A stretch of 55,608 nucleotides of DNA. Source: Candidatus Wolfebacteria bacterium GW2011_GWE2_44_13. Its GTDB lineage: Bacteria > Patescibacteriota > Minisyncoccia > UBA6257 > UBA9933. The notes beneath the pieces were generated by a model, which was given only the letters and a program-made list of their open reading frames with translations, was not told where the DNA came from and ran no database searches. The stretch covers positions 160,686 to 216,293 of the forward strand of contig LCHW01000001.1 in NCBI GenBank assembly GCA_001000675.1. The letters are read 5' to 3'. The position numbers and the translations under genes are program-made. Positions 51,765-55,608 of the stretch are shown here, piece after piece (positions within the stretch are counted from its first letter, which is position 1; each line of letters opens with the position of its first letter).

Positions 51765-52256
51765 ATGGAAGAACTCATAAAAACATTTCACATCGATTGG
51801 AAACTCATCATCGCGCAGTTGATTAACTTTGCGATTGTTTTGTTTGTGCTAAAGCGCTACGCCTATGGTCCGGTATTGAAAATGATGACCGAGCGCAGCG
51901 ATAAAATCGAAAAAGGAATCAAAGATGCAGAGCACGCACATAAACGTCTTGCAGAAATAACTGAAAAAGAAAAAGAAGTATTGGTTGAAGCAAAAAAGCA
52001 GGCCGGTGAAATTATTGCACATGCGGAAGCAGCTGCGATAAAAAACAAAGAAATAATCGTTGCAGAATCAAAGAAACAGGCAGAAAAAATACTTGCAGAC
52101 GCTACAAAGAAGATGGAAATGGAAAAAAACCAGATGATGCAAGAAATCCGAACGCAGGTTACCGATTTAGTAGTAGCTGCAACGGGTAAGGTTATTGATG
52201 AAAAAATGGATAGCGAAAAAGACCGAGCCATTATTAACAAAGCGATCAACGAATGA
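51765..52256 (+). CDS. atpF: F-type ATP synthase subunit b
   Basis: 163 aa. N-terminal TM (LIIAQLINFAIVLFVL), then a long charged helix (ERSDKIEKGIKDAE...). Confidence 0.88.
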   Translation: MEELIKTFHIDWKLIIAQLINFAIVLFVLKRYAYGPVLKMMTERSDKIEKGIKDAEHAHKRLAEITEKEKEVLVEAKKQAGEIIAHAEAAAIKNKEIIVAESKKQAEKILADATKKMEMEKNQMMQEIRTQVTDLVVAATGKVIDEKMDSEKDRAIINKAINE

Positions 52257-52657
52257 AGACAACACCGGTACAATATGCAAAGGCATTGCTTGAGGCTACG
52301 GAGCACAAGAATGAGCAAGAAACCAACGATGTTATTGCTCGTTTTGCAAAACGCTTACGCAGTGACGGGCAAAGTTCGCGCCTCGCGGCCATTAGTAGCG
52401 CCTTTTCTGTGCTGTGGAACACAGCGCATGGCGTAACTGATGCGCAGGTAACAAGCCGAGAGCAGTTAGACGAAGCTGCACTTACCACATTGAAGCAATT
52501 CATTGCTAAGCGGTATGGATCGAAAGAAGTGATTATCACAAACATCATCGACCCATCGATTGGTGGAGGAGTAGTGATTCGCGTAGGAGATGAATTGATA
52601 GACGGAAGCGTTGCAACGCAATTGAAGAAATTAAAAAACAATCTTGCCGGTAAATAA
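52253..52657 (+). CDS. atpH: F-type ATP synthase subunit delta (short, 134 aa)
   Basis: OSCP-like C-terminus [33 protein letters not shown] overlap with atpF. Confidence 0.85.
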   Translation: MKTTPVQYAKALLEATEHKNEQETNDVIARFAKRLRSDGQSSRLAAISSAFSVLWNTAHGVTDAQVTSREQLDEAALTTLKQFIAKRYGSKEVIITNIIDPSIGGGVVIRVGDELIDGSVATQLKKLKNNLAGK

Positions 52658-52671
52658 CCGCTCGCACATGT

Positions 52672-54168
52672 ATGAACAAAGATCACATCATTGAACAATT
52701 AAAAAAGCAGATTGGAGAATTCTCTACAAGTACCGATGTTGAGCAGGTGGGTACGGTTATTGAAGTTGGAGACGGTATCGCACGCGTGAGTGGACTAGCG
52801 AATATTATGGCATCTGAGATGGTTGAGTTTGCGAACGGCGAAACAGGCGTAGCGCTTAACTTGGAAGAAGATCGCGTTGGTATTATGGTTCTCGGCGATT
52901 ATTTACATATCAAAGAAGGAGACACCGTTAAAGCGACTGGAAAGATTCTTTCCATCCCTGTTGCAGATTCTATGATTGGGCGTGTTATCGATCCACTTGG
53001 AAACCCCGTGGATGGCAAGGGTGATATTGTTGCCGATGCGTATTATCCGGTAGAAAAAATTGCTCCAGGTGTTATTACGCGAAAATCTGTACACCAGCCA
53101 GTGCAAACGGGTATTAAGGCTATTGATGCCATGATACCGATTGGCCGTGGACAGCGCGAATTGATCATTGGCGATCGTCAGACAGGAAAGACCGCTATTG
53201 CAATCGACACGATCATCAATCAGAAAGGGCAGAATATGAAGTGTGTGTATGTTGCAATCGGACAGAAGGAGTCAAAGATTGCACGTATTGTAGGCGAGCT
53301 TGAAAAGCGAGGCGCAATGGAATACACCACCGTTGTCGTTGCAGGTGCTTCTGACAGCGCTGCGCTTTCGTTTATTTCTCCGTACTCAGGATGTGCATTG
53401 GGAGAATATTTTATGGACAAGGGCGAGGACGTACTTGTTGTATTTGACGATCTTTCTCGTCACGCATGGGCATATCGACAGATTTCACTTATTTTAAAGC
53501 GACCACCAGGACGCGAAGCATATCCAGGAGATGTGTTCTATTTGCATTCCCGATTATTGGAGCGCAGTGCAAAATTGAATGAAGACTTTGGCGGAGGTTC
53601 GATGACTGCACTTCCTATTATTGAAACACAAGCAGGCGACGTATCGGCATATATCCCGACAAACGTTATTTCCATCACAGATGGACAGATCTTCCTTGAA
53701 TCCGATTTGTTTTACAAAGGTATTCGTCCGGCGTTGAACGTCGGCATCTCGGTATCGCGCGTTGGATCGAGCGCCCAAATTAAGGCAATGAAAAAGGTTG
53801 CTGGAAAGTTGCGCTTAGACCTTGCGCAGTTCCGCGAACTTGAATCGTTTGCACAGTTTGGCTCTGACCTTGATGAAAAGACGCGCGCACAGATTGAGCG
53901 CGGTCGCCGCACTGTTGAAGTGTTGAAGCAGGGACAATACGAGCCAATGGCTGTTGAGCATCAAGTGGCTATTCTGTATGCGCTTACCAATGGATTTATG
54001 GATGACGTTGCCGTTGAACAAGTTATGACTTGGGAAAAAGCATTCCATACCTATCTTGACCAGCAAGCAAAAGATGTTATTACGCTTATCGCAACAAAGA
54101 AAGAACTTTCTGAAGATGTGGTAACGGCACTCGAAAAAGCAATCAAAGATTTTAAAGACACTCAGTAA
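52672..54168 (+). CDS. atpA: F-type ATP synthase subunit alpha
   Basis: 498 aa. Walker A GDRQTGKT, and [29 protein letters not shown]. Confidence 0.95.
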   Translation: MNKDHIIEQLKKQIGEFSTSTDVEQVGTVIEVGDGIARVSGLANIMASEMVEFANGETGVALNLEEDRVGIMVLGDYLHIKEGDTVKATGKILSIPVADSMIGRVIDPLGNPVDGKGDIVADAYYPVEKIAPGVITRKSVHQPVQTGIKAIDAMIPIGRGQRELIIGDRQTGKTAIAIDTIINQKGQNMKCVYVAIGQKESKIARIVGELEKRGAMEYTTVVVAGASDSAALSFISPYSGCALGEYFMDKGEDVLVVFDDLSRHAWAYRQISLILKRPPGREAYPGDVFYLHSRLLERSAKLNEDFGGGSMTALPIIETQAGDVSAYIPTNVISITDGQIFLESDLFYKGIRPALNVGISVSRVGSSAQIKAMKKVAGKLRLDLAQFRELESFAQFGSDLDEKTRAQIERGRRTVEVLKQGQYEPMAVEHQVAILYALTNGFMDDVAVEQVMTWEKAFHTYLDQQAKDVITLIATKKELSEDVVTALEKAIKDFKDTQ

Positions 54169-54175
54169 TGTGTAT

Positions 54176-54200
54176 GTCATTCCCGTGAAAACGGGAATCC
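54176..54200 (+). repeat. single copy of the GTCATTCCCG..CGGGAATCC palindromic unit (atpA|atpG spacer)
   Basis: GTCATTCCCGTGAAAACGGGAATCC, with stem ATTCCCG/CGGGAAT. Same family as 49581-49642 and 10331-10356. Confidence 0.75.
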
Positions 54201-54212
54201 ACTCCCTAATTT

Positions 54213-55175
54213 ATGGCAAGTTCACTCGATATAAAAAGACGAATACGTTCCATTAATAGCACGAAGAAAATTACTCGTGCTATGGAAATGGTAAGTGCCG
54301 CAAAAATGCGTCGCGCTGTTTCGAGTGTCTTGGGCGTTCGCCCGTATGCGCATAATGCATGGCATATCTTGACCAATTTGGCGCGCGCCTTTGAAACCTA
54401 TCAAGAAAATCGCTATCTCGTAGTACGCGATGTGAAGCGAGTGCTTATCGTGGTCGTGTCGTCGGATCGTGGCCTCTGTGGATCGTTTAACACACAGATT
54501 GAAAAAAAGATTCGTGATATGGTTGCGCACCCGAATAAATTGACCGTGCGACGCGTAGGGAGAAAGCATGTTGAATCGACGGTGCACGAAGATGCGGTTG
54601 CAATCGATTTTATCACAGTGGGCAAGAAGGGGGAGCTGATGGTTCGCAAATTAAAAAAAGAAATCATTGCTGCTTTTCCTAATGGTGCGCAATTCTCTGT
54701 ATTAGGAGATATTAAACCGCTATCTTCTATTGTTATGGAAGAATATGCTGCGCAGCGTTATGACAAGGTCGTCGTTGCGTATACGGATTATGTATCGGCC
54801 GTTACCCAGCAAACGCGCATTCGACAAATACTGCCAATTTCAAAAATAGATATCGAAGAACAGATTGCCGAGATAGATATGCTTGCAAAGGAATACGGCA
54901 TTGAAGAAACAAAGATGGAGTATAAGGTTGAGCCAAGCCCTGCGGAGCTTATGGAATTCCTTATCCCGCGACTGATTGCGATGCAGCTGTTTCACGCAAT
55001 ACTTGAATCGCAAGCATCTGAACATGCTGCCCGTATGGTGGCGATGCGCAATGCAACTGATGCAGCGGCAGAAATGTCTGAAGATTTAACATTGCGTTAT
55101 AACCAAATTAGACAAGGTAAGATAACACAAGAAATAGCCGAAATCAGCGCAGGAAGCGCCGCACTCGGAAACTAA
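54213..55175 (+). CDS. atpG: F-type ATP synthase subunit gamma
   Basis: 320 aa. [30 protein letters not shown]-terminus, and C-terminal [11 protein letters not shown]. Confidence 0.93.
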   Translation: MASSLDIKRRIRSINSTKKITRAMEMVSAAKMRRAVSSVLGVRPYAHNAWHILTNLARAFETYQENRYLVVRDVKRVLIVVVSSDRGLCGSFNTQIEKKIRDMVAHPNKLTVRRVGRKHVESTVHEDAVAIDFITVGKKGELMVRKLKKEIIAAFPNGAQFSVLGDIKPLSSIVMEEYAAQRYDKVVVAYTDYVSAVTQQTRIRQILPISKIDIEEQIAEIDMLAKEYGIEETKMEYKVEPSPAELMEFLIPRLIAMQLFHAILESQASEHAARMVAMRNATDAAAEMSEDLTLRYNQIRQGKITQEIAEISAGSAALGN

Positions 55176-55183
55176 CCAAACAT

Positions 55184-55608
55184 ATGAGCAACACAGGAAA
55201 AATAATTCAAATCATAGGACCCGTTGTCGATGTAGAATTTAGCGATGCATTGCCGGAGATCTATAACGCATTGGAAGTAACAAGCGAAGGTTCGAATTCT
55301 CGAATCGTTTTAGAGGCGCATCAACACCTCGGCGCAAATAAAGTACGCGCCGTGGCTATGGGAGCGACTGACGGATTACGCCGTGGTATGGTGGTGACCG
55401 ACACCGGTGCACCAATCAAAGTACCTGTTGGACAAGAAACCCTTGGCCGCATGTTTAACTTGCTCGGAGAGCCAGTTGACGGCAAGCCAGCAGTGCAGGT
55501 AAAGCAGTGCGACCCGATTCACCGTGCAGCACCGAAGTTTAAAGATCAATCTACGAAAGCAGAAATTTTTGAAACGGGTATTAAAGTTATCGACCTCATT
55601 TGCCCATT
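55184..55608 (+). CDS. atpD: F-type ATP synthase subunit beta (N-terminal part; continues beyond window)
   Basis: [19 protein letters not shown] ... [13 protein letters not shown] ... [12 protein letters not shown] are typical beta-subunit N-terminal blocks. The ORF is open to the window end. Confidence 0.92.
   Translation, partial: MSNTGKIIQIIGPVVDVEFSDALPEIYNALEVTSEGSNSRIVLEAHQHLGANKVRAVAMGATDGLRRGMVVTDTGAPIKVPVGQETLGRMFNLLGEPVDGKPAVQVKQCDPIHRAAPKFKDQSTKAEIFETGIKVIDLICP

Noticed and set aside
54988-54996. parS half-site TGTTTCACG
   Set aside because: Only half of the 16-bp palindrome is present, and it lies inside the atpG coding sequence. It is most likely chance.

Overview
The window is a gene-dense stretch of bacterial chromosome, mostly on the + strand. 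By hand spot-counts it is about 45-50% GC. Gene content and style suggest a reduced-genome CPR/Patescibacteria-like organism; this is an inference, not a search result. The supporting traits are a short EF-Ts and a short ATP synthase delta subunit, few Shine-Dalgarno sites, many leaderless-looking starts, a type IV pilus-like locus, and surface proteins with an N-terminal anchor followed by W-T-x-P.

Recognisable core genes:
- Translation and RNA: rpsB, tsf, a tRNA-Tyr/Thr/Thr/Trp cluster with rpmG, RNase P RNA, an RRM RNA-binding protein, and an RsuA/RluB-type pseudouridine synthase.
- Metabolism and proteostasis: an M3 oligopeptidase, pyrG, a cysteine desulfurase, clpB, pgk, a DHH phosphoesterase, a Nudix hydrolase, and an NRAMP-family transporter.
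- DNA: parA-parB, PolX, and a GIY-YIG protein.
- Envelope and energy: a 2.9k-aa cyclic beta-1,2-glucan synthase-like protein, a pilB-pilC-pseudopilin-pilin locus, and an F1Fo ATP synthase operon (atpZ-like, B, E, F, H, A, G, and the start of D).

Observations most worth a second look:
1. A family of three ~123-nt imperfect-palindrome elements sits exactly at stop codons inside operons. Helix changes between copies are compensatory, and the wobble pairs (G-U) work only in the sense RNA.
2. A ~25-nt GTCATTCCCGCG...CGGGAATCC palindromic repeat has four copies. One copy is inserted in frame in the cysteine desulfurase gene.
3. An 18-codon, 5-Cys small ORF (sORF) has its own promoter, SD and terminator, just upstream of the cysteine desulfurase.
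4. Three tandem paralogous helical-repeat genes each have their own promoter and terminator.
5. An AT-rich three-gene cassette lies downstream of parB.

All product calls rest on motif recognition by eye. No database search or RNA folding could be run.
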